Source of the DNA: Cycas panzhihuaensis
Lineage: Eukaryota; Plantae; Cycadophyta
Reading direction: 5' to 3'
DNA length: 64,000 bases
Assembly (NCBI GenBank): GCA_023213395.1
Contig: CM041465.1
Coordinates: 249,805,741 to 249,869,740, forward strand
Below, one piece after another: positions 40,579 to 55,037 of this stretch. Below the pieces are notes generated by a model. That model had not been told where the DNA came from and ran no database searches. It saw nothing but the letters and a program-made list of their open reading frames with translations. Both the position numbers and the translations under genes were made by a program. Position 1 is the stretch's first letter. The number at the start of each line of letters is the position of its first letter.

Positions 40579-43361
40579 TATTACAATATAATGTTTAATG
40601 TTGGTTTATGTATTTTGCTAAGTGTCCCTCTTAACTCTCATAGGTATATTTTATTATGATATTGAGATGTGTGCATGGGTGCACACTTATTCATGTAATT
40701 ATCCTATTGGTGGACATAAAGGTTCTCTCATTTGATTAGACAAGTATGAGGTTAATTATACTATAAGTATGCATTCATGCCTAATGTAATAATTTGGAAG
40801 GTGATCATTTTGCTACATCTTTATTATATTTTGTATTGCATATACATCATCTTTTATTTACTTCATTTATTATTTTATCATTAATGTCTTATACTTGTAA
40901 CATAATTTCAATTTATATTTTCATTGTGATTTTAAAGGTAATCTTTGAATCTCTATTTTCTACATGGTATCAGAGCAGTTATAATGATGTAAAAATCTTG
41001 TCAATCAAGACTTAAAGCCCATTGATTTGAACCTATTTGAGTTTGTTCTGGAACCTATTGAAAAAGAGATATGAATAACCAATGAAGATGCACACAATAG
41101 AGAAAGTTAGGCTCTACTATAGTTGAGAAAATACCATAGCTATCAATTGGAGATGTTGCCTTAATGTACAATAAATAGAGAATGAACACACTCATTGTAA
41201 ATTAGCGAAAGGTGTCATTGCCATGGAGCTTTCTATTTGCCCATGCTTGAAGAAGAATACTCAAGCCAGTCTACTACCCCATCACCTATGGAGAACACCT
41301 CAAGCCACCATTTGGAGATCAATTGCGACCGACTATCATACTCAAACATGAAGAACCCACCCAATGCCAAGCATGCTGGCACATGCATACCTGGAGATTA
41401 AACCCTATGGTGCTTACCATAGAATAGTTGAAGAACAACCACATCGTAGTGGTGAAACCATGATATATGAAGAGGCATTTATAGAATGTGGGATAGATGG
41501 CCCAACATGGTTTGTAGAATAAACCTCATGCCACCTGTTTAACATAAAGAATACTCGACCATCAACGTATTCACACCTATTCATGGAGACACATCATAGC
41601 CAACAGCTTCCACAAAGCCACATACACCCTTAGTCATACACAAAACTATTACAACCATGCTTGTAGCCTCACAACCATAGTGAAAAAGAAAATTAGAGAT
41701 CAATTACTCCATGAAAATTGAAGTTGTCATTGCCATTTCTATCAAGCCCTTATGTCTCGTGCTGTGAGTTTAAGGAGGTTGATCATACATGTAGTCATGG
41801 AATATTGTAGCTGATGAAGAAGAAGAATTAACTTCATTGTTTTCCATTCATTCATTCACAAAACATATTTTTTCAGATAGAATTTTTTGTACCAAAAAAA
41901 ATTTGCATATGGTTTATTTGATTTAATTAAATTAGATAAGTTTTTAAATTTTGGGGCTAGGTTTTGTAGTGAGCTAGAAGTCACATGGTGAATCCATATG
42001 ACTAGGGGGGTAAGTAGAAAGGAGGCTAACTCCAAAATGTAGTAAAATGGATTGAAAAGTTTTTTATTTTTCAAAAATTTTATTTAATATTTGATTTCTT
42101 TTTGGATCTAAATCTATTTTTTAAAGGCTTGTGCATTTTTTCATAGGTCACTAATACTTTTTCCTTCATAACTTCTTAATGAGATATCATAATTCAATGA
42201 TGTCAGTTGCATTAGACTTATTGTTTTGTGACGGTTGAAATGGATGGTTACAAGGCATAGTTTAGAATTTAGAGGCCTACTATTTTAATTAACAAAGTTT
42301 ATGAAAAATGCTTAAATCTTCATAAAAAGTTCATTTCATGACATTTTTCATATTTGATTTAACGTATCATACAATTTTTCAATGTTCATGATAACTTAGT
42401 AATGTTGTTTTTATATTTGGAAGTAAGAAGAGTAACCATGTCCTCTATTAAACACGGTATTATTTCTTGTTGGTATTTGTATTATTGTCATTTAGTAAAA
42501 GATGCTTCATAGAAGTATATTTGATTGTTAGTAAACTTGGAAGCTTAAACTCCAAGTGATATTCATCTATATCCTTAAAGAACCACATATGCTTTAAGGT
42601 ATATATTACTCTTATCCTTAAAGGAACCACAAATTGGTTGCCTCAAAGGAGAATGAAGGAACCACAAGTTGGTTGCCTTGAACATAGATGTAGTTGCTTT
42701 AGTACTCAACTCATTTACTTGGAAGGCTTGATCCCAAAATAAAGTTGATTAATTTTGATTAAACCATATATCCAAAAGAGGTTCCTATTCAATTAATAGT
42801 TGCAATAGTTGGTTATCCATACATTCCAGTAGATGGACCTTTCTTCATATGGACTTCAATAAATTTCATTTGTAACTTATAGATACAGTTAGTACCATAT
42901 GGAGCCAATCTTTATTTATTCCAACAAATTTCTATATAATATATAGATGTGACATTAAACATTATGGGGGAAGGGTGTTAAAACATAATGTTTAATGTTG
43001 CTTTATGTATTTTGTTAAGAATCCCCCTTAACTCTCATAGGTATATTTTATTGTGATATTAAGATGCGTGCATGGATGCATACCTACTCATGTAATTGTC
43101 TCTTTGGTGGATATAAGGGTTCTCCTATTTGATTAAATAAGTATGAGGTTAATTGTACTATAAATATATATTTATGCCTAATGTAATAATTTGGAATGTG
43201 ATTCTTTTCCCACATCTTTATTATATTTTGTATCATAAATACTTGATCTTTTATTTACTTCATATATTATTTTATCATTAATGTCTCATACTTGTAACAT
43301 AGTTTCAATTCATATTTTCATTGTGATTTCAAAAGTAATATTTGAATATCTATTTTTGATA
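40579..43361 (+). mobile_element. Element H: non-autonomous LTR element inserted in the LINE 3' region
   Basis: 386-bp LTRs 40579-40964 and 42976-43361; TSD GTTGA at 40574-40578 and 43362-43366; perfect PBS tggtatcagagc 40965-40976; PPT gggggaaggg; 2.0 kb interior with no recognisable coding motif. Confidence 0.93.
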
Positions 43362-44002
43362 GTTGAGACTAGCATAGAAGTAAGTTATAGGGCCATAACT
43401 AGTCTAGGAACCACTAATCAAGTGTACTTTGTTCTCCCCACTTCCTCTCCCCTACCCCCTCTCCCCACCAACCACTTCATACCAATCATTCTACCCCTTT
43501 TCATGGTTAGGGCTCTATGTTAGATGGGGAAGATAAGACTATGCAGTTATTGGTACTAATTAATATTAAGCTTATGTAGTGCAAAGGCAAGGAACTAAGG
43601 GGAAACTACACCAATAAAGGGGATGATAGATGGGGTTCACTAGATCCTACATATTGAGCAATGAAGTGTAAGATTAAATGATCTTTGCTTAGCCCAAGGG
43701 CTTATTATATGTAATTTTATAGAGCCACATGGATAATTTTATATGTCCCATCTAACAAATGGAGGGGATGATGACCTCTCCTCTATTTTATTATACTTGT
43801 ATGTAATTATTTCTATCTAATGAATCATTGTATCTTCAATAAAATAAATATATATCTTCATTAATACATTAAGATGAAGATTGATCTTTTTTCCATTTAT
43901 GTTGTATTTTAGTATGCATTTTACTATGGCCAATATAGTACTCTAGTCGTATATTATTTGACGATATGGTACCTCAGTTGTAGTGATCCTAATCTATTAA
44001 AG

Positions 44003-44132
44003 AGAAGTTGGTATTTTATTAGAAGTTGATTTTATTAAGGAATTGATATTTTCAAATTAATATGAAGTTAATTTTTATATTAAGAAGTTAGTATTTTATT
44101 AGTAATACTATTATTGAAGTCAATTTTTTAAT
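44003..44132. repeat. Degenerate ~18-22 bp tandem repeat (gaagttgrtattttatta), ~6 copies
   Basis: Repeated gaagtt...ttttatta units. Confidence 0.6.
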
Positions 44133-44269
44133 AGGGAGCCATATTAGCACCTACAAATGGCAAAGACCCCTATTTCATTATGTAAGTTTTATTTTTAGGT
44201 TAATCCTAATTTTATTTAGCAGTTGATGCTTGAGGTGGTTTTTTTATTCAGTTTTCACCTTGTATTTTT

Positions 44270-44585
44270 TGGAGTAGATCCAATTTAGGATCACTTCTAG
44301 TACCATTAGAACCACGGCCCAGGTTTAAATCCCATGGGGGGGAAACATCGCTTATGGGGATGGCAAGCTGATGCACATGAATATTGATATAGCTAGGGCC
44401 TTTGGGATGCCCAAATACTGGTGAAAGTAGGGCTAGGCAAGTCTATCCTATTCAACCCAAAGAGGAGGTAATGGTCTACTTGGTGGGGAGTCCTCTCCAC
44501 TAACACTTCAAAGTTTTGGTACAACAGTTCATCACATCACTTGTGATGAAATGGGAGGGCTTAATACTACTTATTTTTATATAAA
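44270..44585 (+). mobile_element. tRNA-headed SINE-like element with structured body
   Basis: A-box-like tagatccaatttagg (44275); perfect 5-bp stem with 7-nt loop ttcta-gtaccat-tagaa (44295-44311); B-box-like ggtttaaatcc (44322-44332) at tRNA-like spacing; GC-richer than flanks; A/T-rich tail; no clear TSD. Confidence 0.6.
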
Positions 44586-44726
44586 GGCCTTTTATCCCCT
44601 ACTTCTTTAAGAAGTAGAGTATGCATCCCAACTTCATTCAAACCTAAGTAAAATGTTAACCTCATGTTCATATTAAGGAAATAAACTTCTAATATAAACA
44701 ACATGCCATTGAATAAGTATTGAATA

Positions 44727-46451
44727 CATTGTGAACCTCATCACAACATTAGGAAGTTAGATCTACTATAATAAAAGGGATGCCACCTATAAATAGGCAT
44801 GTAGGTAATATAGGTATAATTAAGGGGATTATTATTCTTACCATCATCTCTAATTCTCTTATAAAAGAGCCTATTAAGAGACGACGTCTCCATGTAGTCT
44901 TTCTAGTGGTAAGACCTCCTCATTTGTATTCAATAGTGGCTAGCCCACTGCAAACTATATTAGAGAATAGGTACCCCATAAGAGATAAAACCACTTAATA
45001 ATAGTCTTAGACACCTCCAAGATTTCACTAATCTAAGATAAAAATAAGAATAAGGCTAGAACCAACATATTAAAAAGAATAAAGATATGATTAATGATGA
45101 AATAGAAGCCAATTGAATTAGAACAATAGGTGATATAAACTTAGATACAAAATTACTATAAGAATCCACAACCATTGATCATTCTAAATTAATAAAAATC
45201 AACAAAGTAAATGTTGCCATTATAGTCCAACTAATAGAAGTATAATAAAAACCAACCAATAATATATGCATTCTACCACACAAAATAGTAAAGTCATAAA
45301 AGTGAATGCACTCAATAAGAATAATGGAAGATGATACAAGTCTAAAAGAAGTAACCATGATAGAAAAACAAACAATGATTAAAAAGGTTAATACATTGCA
45401 ACTAAAAGAACCCTTAATAGTAATAAATAAAACACAAAACCCAAGTATCCTAAAAGGTATATCACATGGGAAATAGCAAGGTGGTAGCTCTCATAGATTC
45501 AAGAAATACTCACAACCTTGTCAACTCTTTATTAGTGAGTAAGCTAAAATTACATACCTAATAAAAAGTAGAAGTGAATACTTTTACCCAAAGAAATTTT
45601 ATAATATAAGGGAGAAATCTAAAGCATCAAATAAAAATAGGAAAATATGAATTGAAATATGATTTCCTCTTACTTCCCCTACAAGGTATCAATCTAGTCA
45701 TAGGAATGCAATGGCTAAAAACCGTAGATACTTACATCATGTGGCATAGAAATATTTATCAAATTTAGTTTAAATAAAGCCTATTATGCTTTATAAGGGA
45801 TTAGAACATCCCTATTGTGAAGAAATTCACCAAAAAAATGACATATGGGGTTCATTACATGCATAACATCCATAAAGTAATGCATAAATATAAACATTTA
45901 ACCATAAGAAAATTAACAATAACCAAGATATTGCAAGCTCTTTACACACTAATGTCAAACCTACTAAGGGATACTTATGCATCATGCACCACTTATTCAA
46001 CTCATTTAGAATGCATACTCTACTAAAACAATCATTAGTTGAACAAGAATCAACTCATAACAAATAAGATTCTTGCATTCATATCACTATGTAGCTACTC
46101 CCTATAATCCCATAAAAGACTACTAAAAATTTAGATAATCTTTGGAAATAATGATCTTAATAAGGGAGGGTACATGTAGCCAAAAAATAACAAAGACTTA
46201 AGGGTAAGGCCTTTAATAAAGGAGGGCATGTTATGATTCTCATCATAACATTAGGAAGTCAACTCTATTATCATAAGGAGATGCCACTTATAAATAGGCT
46301 TATAGTTAATAAGGGGATCATTGTGTAGATTATTATTATGATCTCTACTTCTCTTATAGAAGTCTATTAAGAGATAGGATCTTTACATAGCCTTTTTAAT
46401 AAAAGTCCACTTCATTTGCATTTAGTTATAGCTAGGTCATCGTAGATGTCA
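44727..46451 (+). mobile_element. Internally deleted Gypsy derivative with ~225-bp LTRs
   Basis: Direct repeats ~44727-44960 and 46229-46451; PPT aaaggagggca before 46229; protease remnant KVVALIDSRNTHNL at ~45478; TSD not found. Confidence 0.7.
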
Positions 46452-47149
46452 TGGCCTCAATTGACCAACCATCCACCATAGGAAAATAGTTTTGACCCAA
46501 TAGCAATTTTCATAACCTAATTTCCTAATGGTTTAGGATAGTAAAACAATTTTCTCTAATACTAAATAATACAACTTCTCTAATATTACTTTAGCTCTAA
46601 ACACAACAACATAATGAACCAAAAATTGGTGAACTATACTTTGTGTTAATAGTTTGAAGAATTATGAATGTAAAAATGTTATGCGACACTAAAATACATA
46701 TAAGTTAATCTTTACAATATGGAATTAAACACATAACTAGAGCATAAATCTTAACATAAGCATTGTAAACTAGATATTCATCACATAATTTTTATAAAGT
46801 ACTTATTCAAAATCAAAGTATTTATACAAAACCAGAACATAAGTACTTATCCTTTTCATAGAAAAATAAGATTTCTCAAAGGGACTCACCACCTATCCAT
46901 TTAGAAAATCAACATGAAAATATGTCTTTGAGTTATGACATATGATATACATGCTAGAGTACTTCCTATTGATTTCTTAATTCTTAATCCAATCTCAAGT
47001 CATTAACATAAAGGCATAATAATTCAACAATAATAATAGCATTGTAGCTCAATATAATAGTATTATATCCTAATACACAACACTATAGATCATCTAGTGC
47101 CATCATACTATACATGGCATACCACCTAGTCAATATATTAAGGTTAAAA

Positions 47150-50100
47150 ATAGTGATAACACACACATAGTCCCAAATCATGTCATTAAAAAATCAATGG
47201 CTTCTTACCATAAATGGTGCTAAACCATCATTATTTCTATATTTAATTTAATAGAGGGTCCTACACCATGCCAGCACCCATGGCTCACTAACTTAATTGG
47301 TCTTAGACTAAACTATAACATATGATCCTAAACCAATTTGCAATCACATATCATATGACTTCTCACCGGAAAAAAATCCCCATATATTAAGTAGAGTAGT
47401 ATAACAAATGCTTACTCTATTATCTAAATGAGATTTCAACATACATAAGACACAAGAAAACTATAGCCACCATAGTGGAATTACATTACTCATTATATAT
47501 GGCTTTATGTACTATACAAAATACCTTGTATACCATAGAGAATAGAATATAATGACATAGAATGAATCATAATAGAGAAGAAATCATCTCTTGTGCATGA
47601 GAGTTAAAATTTCCATTAAGAGTCAAACTCCTCTCCAAAATCTCTAATCATTTAAAACATTTTCTAATAATAGTAAGGGTCCACTCTTAGAATGAATAAT
47701 CAACTACCTAGGTGTGGATTTAGTTATTACATCCACTAACCCATGTTTAAAATCAAGTGGATTTATTAAAGAGGAACTAAATATAAAGGGTAGTGGCTTC
47801 TAAAATAATTTCCTCCTCTCTAGGAATTCATCTTTAATTCATATCATGTATATTCCCACCCCTTAATATCTTTTCTCCTATGAGTGATATGGCTATATTT
47901 TATTAATGGGGTTTTATTTACATCATTTATAATGCTTGGTCACTCAACCTCTAATATAATCACCCATGTATATCACATGTACCTATGCCCTTGGCCTCCA
48001 ATGTCAAGTAGTATCATAGTGCAAAATACAAAATATATTAGAATTCATCCCACACATCTAATATGGATTTTTACTATGTACCATTTATAATAAGGGATGT
48101 TTACATCAAAGTGTAAGTAAAACATAATAAAATAAAATATACAAATGATGTATACATAAGTAATATTGGCATTAATGAGACTCTATCTTGTAAATAAATA
48201 TAGATACTATTATTACATGGTTTTTACCAACTCCTAACTTGTTTTATCGAGTTTCATATACCTCTGTTAAACCTTCATCAACTCTATGGTTTATTTTTAT
48301 AATGTCTTTACCTTTCGGTCTAACATTGGAATGGATCCCACATAAAATTCTAATCCATGCTCTACCTAAATAATAGACCAATCAACAATATGGTTAGAAT
48401 CAAGCAGAGATTTATTTGATAGTAAAATGTCAAATACATCATGCACATATGACTTAGGTCATAATGTAATTGATCCTATCATCTCCAAGAACTATAAGGA
48501 CCCATAATATTTTGTTACTATTTTATTGCATTTCCCAATCATTTACCAATATAACACTTATGCCTATATTATGCTTCAAACAAACTCATCTTCAAGGATG
48601 AATGATAGTTATTATTATATGTAAGTAGTTTTCACGTATAAATAGTTATCCAATTACATATATCCCCAATATGCCTTCCAACTCTTGGTTAGCTCACTTT
48701 ATCTAGCCATTTATCTTAGGATGATAGGCTATGCTAAATTTTAATTTAGTTTCAAACTCCTTAAGTAGTTCCCTCCAAATCTAGATGTGACCTTTATGTC
48801 TCTTTTTAAATAATTGCTTTACAACTCCATGCTATTACACTACTTCCTTCACAAAATTTTCTATGCTATCATCTACTTTATGCATTAGTCATGCAGGAGT
48901 AAAATGTAGAAATTTCATTAGCTTGTCAATTACCATCATAATAGAACCATTCTTCCTTACATAATTGATCTTTCTAATTGGATTAGAGCTTAATCAATGT
49001 GAATATTTGATATCCATTTTAATTAAATCCTTGATTCTAATTATTTCAATAAGAGGCATAATAAGAGTGATTAGGCCTTGATTTTAATTCATAGAGAACA
49101 TCTTAGTTTATATAAATGGTTGTTTGATTGATGCTTATTGTTGGATGTTCATGTTATCCCAAAGTGTTTGTTCTTAATGAAATCCATGGAGATCATCTCC
49201 TGTTTCCATTTTTGAAATTCCAATGGTTATAGTCATCTAATAGGATATTGATATTCTACTATAAACTTCTAGTATTACAAGTAACAAGAGACATACTCTA
49301 CTATATCCCTCTTTATACCTAGCCAAAACTAATTATTCTTTATAGCGATGTATGTCTTTTGATAGCCTAGAGTATTATTGCTGACACCTTTTCCTAATGC
49401 TTGTCCAAGTCACCTAATATATTACTAATCTTCTTGTTTATTAGCTAACAAAAGGAAAGTGTGGAAGTCAAGGGTAAAGTAAACCCTATGATACTAACTA
49501 ATTTGCATTATTTGAATATATTTTATCAGCTATATGATTCTAATGATAGTTTTATTTAATGTCTTGATCAAACTTGTGCATGATCATTAGGCAAGTGACT
49601 TTTCTTGAAATTGCATTCTAGATAGATAGAGTTCTAGATAAACATGGAAGAATTGGGACAAATTATTCATATATTGATGAACTTTTCTATGTTAATAATT
49701 GTTAAATATTCATAAGATTCTTTATTTACTACCAACACAATGAATGAAATAATAGATTACATATCCTCAACATCCCAATATTAAGAAATGTGATGTAACT
49801 AAAAGAGCCAAGATAACATTCACATAATCATCAATCATATATTTTGAGGATAACATAAGAGAAAAACCATTATCATACATATGACCCAATACAAAATATA
49901 TCTATGAATTTTAAAGGAAATAACTCAGTTACTAGCAAATCATTAGATAAATTTCATAATGGATTGAGAATAAAAGATGTTATTTTATTGACTTTTAAAG
50001 AATTGAATTACAATTATAGATCGTTATTATCATTATATAATCAAATAATTATATTGTTTAATTACAATGATGATTATGAGTAATGAACTACCTAAAAGAA

Positions 50101-52700
50101 TTTCCTAATACAAACTAATAGAATAAAGTCTTCTAACTATAGTGATGTCTTCAATAGTCAAATCTTGAGCTTGTCTATTGGCCATTGGGTCTATTAAGAA
50201 GTAGGATCTTTTTGCACAGGCACATGCAACCTATTAAGGAGAAAAGAAAGTAGATTAATAGATACTTGAAAGCATCCAGGGAGAAATCAAATAGGAACAA
50301 ACATAGGAAAAGGTGACAATACTCAACATATAATAATGGGATGATAATGAATAAAAGTAAAAGAGAAAAAGAAAAAAGTGTATATGCATTGGACACACTA
50401 TATATACCAATTGGAATCATAGCAGCTTTCTTTTCTTTCTCTCCTTTATCCTTTCCTCCTCATGACTTGTCATTATAAGTGAATCAATGTAATTAAAATA
50501 AAAGTAGCTATGATTGTAAAGAATCAATTAGACATTTCTTCAATTCTTTTAACCCTCCTATTTTTTAAAATTACTAATGGTGTGCATGGTTACTTGTCTT
50601 CTGCCAGAATATAAATATCCAAATTATTCATCCATGTCTTAATAATAGATTCTCTAGCCATTAATGCTAATACATTTACTTATTAGATATAGATAGATAC
50701 TTTTGATTATGACATTAATAAATAATTTTCTATTATTTCTATGAAGTTGAACTTAGTGAAGATACATACATCTTCACTGCTATCTCCTTATGTAAAACTA
50801 AAATTAGGTGTAGATTTGATATTTCAATGACTCTTGCTAAATTGTACACCTATTCCTCAAGTGAACTAAACTTTTTATTTTGATGTTCTAATATAGTTTT
50901 TAAGTATGGCCTAATATGTTCTCTAATCCCACACTTTCTTAGTCCATTCCTCGACCTTATTCTTCATATCAAAAGTTACTAGTTGCATCAAATTTTCTAA
51001 CTTACCAACAACAAAATTCAAAATTTTCTATTTACTAATAATTTCATCCTTATTTAACATAGTTAGAGCTAAATATGAAACCATGAAAATAATTCTATTA
51101 TAAAATTATTTAGGGTGACCTCCAAATCTATGGCATTTTTGCCACTATTTTACCTCTATCCACCTTTGCATCTAGGATACCACTTTTGAATGAATAGCTT
51201 ATGAATTGAGTTGCCATTAGGTCCTTCTATAGTGAATTTATTTTGAAATTAGGCAAAAGCCCCATCTTGTTGTAGTTCTGTAGAGTATGTCATTAGTACT
51301 CTAGCAGCCAAAGTCTTTAATCTCTATACCCTTTTGTGGAGAAAGAAAATCCTTTTAAATAGTTTCCATAAATGAGGCCTTTTAAACTAATCTTCTTAAG
51401 AAAATTTATCCAAAAAAAAATCTAATTGACTATAATGTTCTTGTAGTAACTAATACACTTTTGAGTGCTTCATTCATTTTTCATTTTACACCCTTTTGAA
51501 ACTTATCTAGAAAATCCCTCCCAGGCCTCCTTAAGTTGGTTTAGCTTTTGTCTTAAAGTCAAATTCTATGCTCTTAATGATTTATTTTTCTACATCACTT
51601 ATTATAATTAAGTTTGCAAGTAAAGACTTTATCTTTTATTAACTAGCCAATCACAAATGCAAGTTAATAGATTCCATAGTTGTATCTTCTTTAGTTAACC
51701 ATGAAATCACTTTAACTTGTCTTTTCCTTTTAACAATAAAATTTTTAAAACTTTATCTTCTCTACTCCATTAATAAAATATTTCTTCAATAGTTGTGTTA
51801 AAGGATAAGACTTGAGCAAATGTTTGTATTAATTATTTATTCTTAATCTACTCAACAACCCAAGGATCAAGTTCTAACTCACATGCTTCTCTTCTATCTT
51901 ATCTTGAAGAGGAGTCAGCTAATCCTTCAAGTTATATGCTTAAAGTTTACCTTTCCTCTACCTACCCTTTTTCTTGAGGATGATGACCACTCTTTTCTTA
52001 TTGAGGTAACTACCTAATATCTCATTTATGTTGTTTATATTCTTTAAATTTTGTTATGGTTATCACCTCTTTCTTAATCTCTTCCCTTGGAATATTAATT
52101 AGAATAAGGGACTCCAACTTAGAAGCTTTAGCTCTAAGTAGTTCTTGCAAATGCTAACCTTTCTTAGATGTAATTTTTATAGGCTTATTAGCTTCTTAAT
52201 AAGTCTCTATTAATTGAATATCCAAGACTGACTATGTTGGAAGAATATTAGGAGGGACTTTAGATGAATTTTTCATTTTCTTGTATCCTCCTTATTCAAC
52301 TATTTTGCTTCTTCTTTTCTCCCTTCATGGCATCTCTTAATGGATTTATGCTTGGTTATTCTACTTCCTTCTCTAGAGGGCTTTCTAAGGTGATAAGCTC
52401 TAGCAAATATGGAATACTTGTAATTATACTTTCCCTAGAATTAAAAATTAGTTGAATTCTATAAATTTTATCCTCATCCTCTTGGTTTTTATAAACCTTA
52501 AAATTGTCTACTTGGCATGGGGTTATAGTCATCTTAATATTATTTATATATCTTTCCATAAATCCATTAAGACCATAATACCTCAATAGTGTTTTCTTCA
52601 ATCTACATTCTTCTAAAGGTAAGCTTACCTGGTGTACTTCCACCTATCATTAGACTTTCCAAAGCCAAATTGTACTATTTCTAAACTGATAAGGTATCTT
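47150..52700 (-). pseudogene. Very degenerate, deleted Gypsy remnants resembling F (INT C-terminus ~47150-47760; gag ~51100-52700)
   Basis: Scattered motifs only: GP motif near 47257; QLKEAW/DFLDKFQKG near 51490-51540; 49405-49430 resembles the F PR-RT linker. Confidence 0.4.
48230..49340 (-). pseudogene. Tekay-like chromovirus integrase/chromodomain fragment
   Basis: Manual translation: KRDIVEYVSC; WKQEMISMDFI; FVKEVV**HGV; KFSIAYHPKING; LDRKVKTL*K*TIELMKV. Confidence 0.7.
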
Positions 52701-54738
52701 TCTAAACGAATGCAACTAGGCAATGCATGTCTTCTTAAAATAGAGCAAGACAAAAGTTTTCCTTTGAAATGAAACTAAAATCAATCAATGATTCTTCCAA
52801 ATGATTTATATAAATCTTAAAGGTAAAGGTCTAAAATGAGCCAAAGATAATTTGAGAAATATATATACTATCTTTCAAATGAATGCCTTCATAAATCAAT
52901 GAAAAATATCTTGATAATAAAGGAAAATATATCATTCAAGTTGGATTCAAGAATACTATTTGCAAGATAACTTTCATTCAAATAAACTTTGAGAAAAATG
53001 AAGTGCTTTGAATGCTTATATACAATAGAATGCACCTTGAAAATGCTTTGAAAGCCTGAAATAAAGCCAAATAAACCTTCACTATATAGATGAAATCATT
53101 AAGAGTAAATATAATCTCTTTTAAATCAAAGAAATATGCATATATACTTGAAATATGCTTATGGAATAAACCTTAAATGAATGCCTTAAAATAGATAATA
53201 ATTGACCTAAAATAAGTAATAAATAAGATTTAGCAGGGCTTTGAATCAAATTTATAAGATAAAACATAAAATGAAAGTTTAAAAGTAGAGTTGTAAGGTG
53301 TTAGAATTCACCAATTTGATGATTTTGATACAAAAGAGGGCTCCTTCACCTTGAGAGGCCAAAATAGAGCTATATGGCTGCAAAACAATAATTGTAAGCC
53401 TCTAAAAACAATCAAAATCTATAATCAACTAATCTCTAGTTCAATATTAAAGAAATATGTTGAATTTGAGTGAAAATTTTGCTTTAAATATTTAAGGATG
53501 TTTCCAACTAGGACCAAATCAGAGCTTTAGTTTTAATAGCTTTAAAGACCTACAAAATAGTGTCAAATCATGATAAAACCTATTCCAATATATAGAGCAT
53601 TAAAAGATATTTCTGGCGAATCCAACCATTCAGAAAATGAAGTTCTAGAACTCAAGATATTGCTGAAAATGTACATGAACCTCTTTATGATAATAAAATA
53701 AGAAGAGGGGGTGATAAGCCCCTTAACCCATAAGCCCAGGTCACCTAGGGGGTCAATATGACCGACTGTTAGAGGCCCATGGGGGCTAGTGAAATCCAAA
53801 TTATATAGAATATAGTTAATTTCTTTAAAAACTAAAATTATAAAAAATAACTTATAATGAATTTAAGTGTGCACTTAATATAAGGTCACATGGACTAAAA
53901 ATGACCAGGGGTTAAAGTTGAAGGGGGCTAAGGTTAAGTTATGCACCCTAAATCTCAAATAATATTAAATTTAACTAAATTAACTTTAAACTTTAGAAAA
54001 AATAAAATAAATCAATAAAAAATAATCAAAAAATAATTGCATGTAGGGTTGACATAAACAGACAAAGAGACTAACGATCTAGAGAAGATTTCTCACAAAC
54101 AAATGGACAAAATCAAGATCTGTCTTCTCTACTAGCAAGGTGACTTAAAGATTAACAAAACGAGTAATCATAAGTGCTTGTTTTAATAGCTAAACAGAGA
54201 ACTACAATGGTTTAAAGGAAAGAGTTTCTTTATGGTCTTGGAAAATAAAACATGGAGAGGATAACACATATCAGATCGATCAAAAAATTGATCAATGTTG
54301 ATCAAATCAACCATGGCTAAGGTGTACAAATCTATAGCTCAATGATATATAAGAAATGTATAAATTTTTAAAAAATTCAAATAGAAAATAAGGAATGGAT
54401 TATCAAATTCAGCTGGCAAGCAGTCTTGCAAAGCCTGGGATCCTCTTTGAAATCAAATTAGCAAATCCAGATAGGCTTGCTTTAATTAGCCTGTGAAGGC
54501 AATCAACCTTCTTCAAGAATTGTAGATATTCTGGATTATTTTTAGTCTTCCTTTGACTATGGACACTAAATTGCCTCAAGATTGTAAAAGGTTATGCATG
54601 AAAAGCTTGGATGTTATATTTGCAGTTCTAATATATACAGATCACAAGGGAAGATTGATTCCTATAATAAATATAATTATCAGATAATATCTTAAGTTGA
54701 AGGTTGTTGATTCAAAACCGAATGGAGAGAATCATGCA

Positions 54739-54856
54739 GGAAAATGGAGATGTTGCACACAAAGTAAATGGAGATGCAGGCACATGTAAAATAAACGGAG
54801 TTGTTGCACGAAGAGCAAATGGAGACACATGCACATGCAAAGCAAATAGAGGTGCC
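54739..54856. repeat. Minisatellite of alternating 24/27-bp units (aaatggaga...gcac)
   Basis: aaatggagatgttgcacacaaagt / aaatggagatgcaggcacatgtaaaat / aaacggagttgttgcacgaagagc / aaatggagacacatgcacatgcaaagc. Confidence 0.75.
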
Positions 54857-54871
54857 AACAGATCTGGGCTT

Positions 54872-55037
<166 letters not shown>

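Larger units (their letters stand above)
35372..43843 (+). mobile_element. Element G: apparently full-length L1-type LINE (~5.7 kb without H), inserted in the 3' LTR of A
   Basis: TSD ataaatatatatctt at 35351-35365 and 43844-43858; A-rich 3' end; ORF1 remnants (VEFLNLPL, decayed knuckle VCFKYHSQEH) followed by ORF2. Confidence 0.85.

Noticed and set aside
44285-44325. 5S rRNA-like (Cassandra) similarity in accattagaacc
   Set aside because: Only a few bases match; the 5S A/C boxes are absent and a tRNA-like head explains the region better.
44340-44385. Hammerhead ribozyme/retrozyme-like core (gaaac...ctgatg)
   Set aside because: Lacks the UH cleavage site and CUGAUGA, and leaves no room for stem I; no hammerhead core seen in the LTRs of A, D or H.
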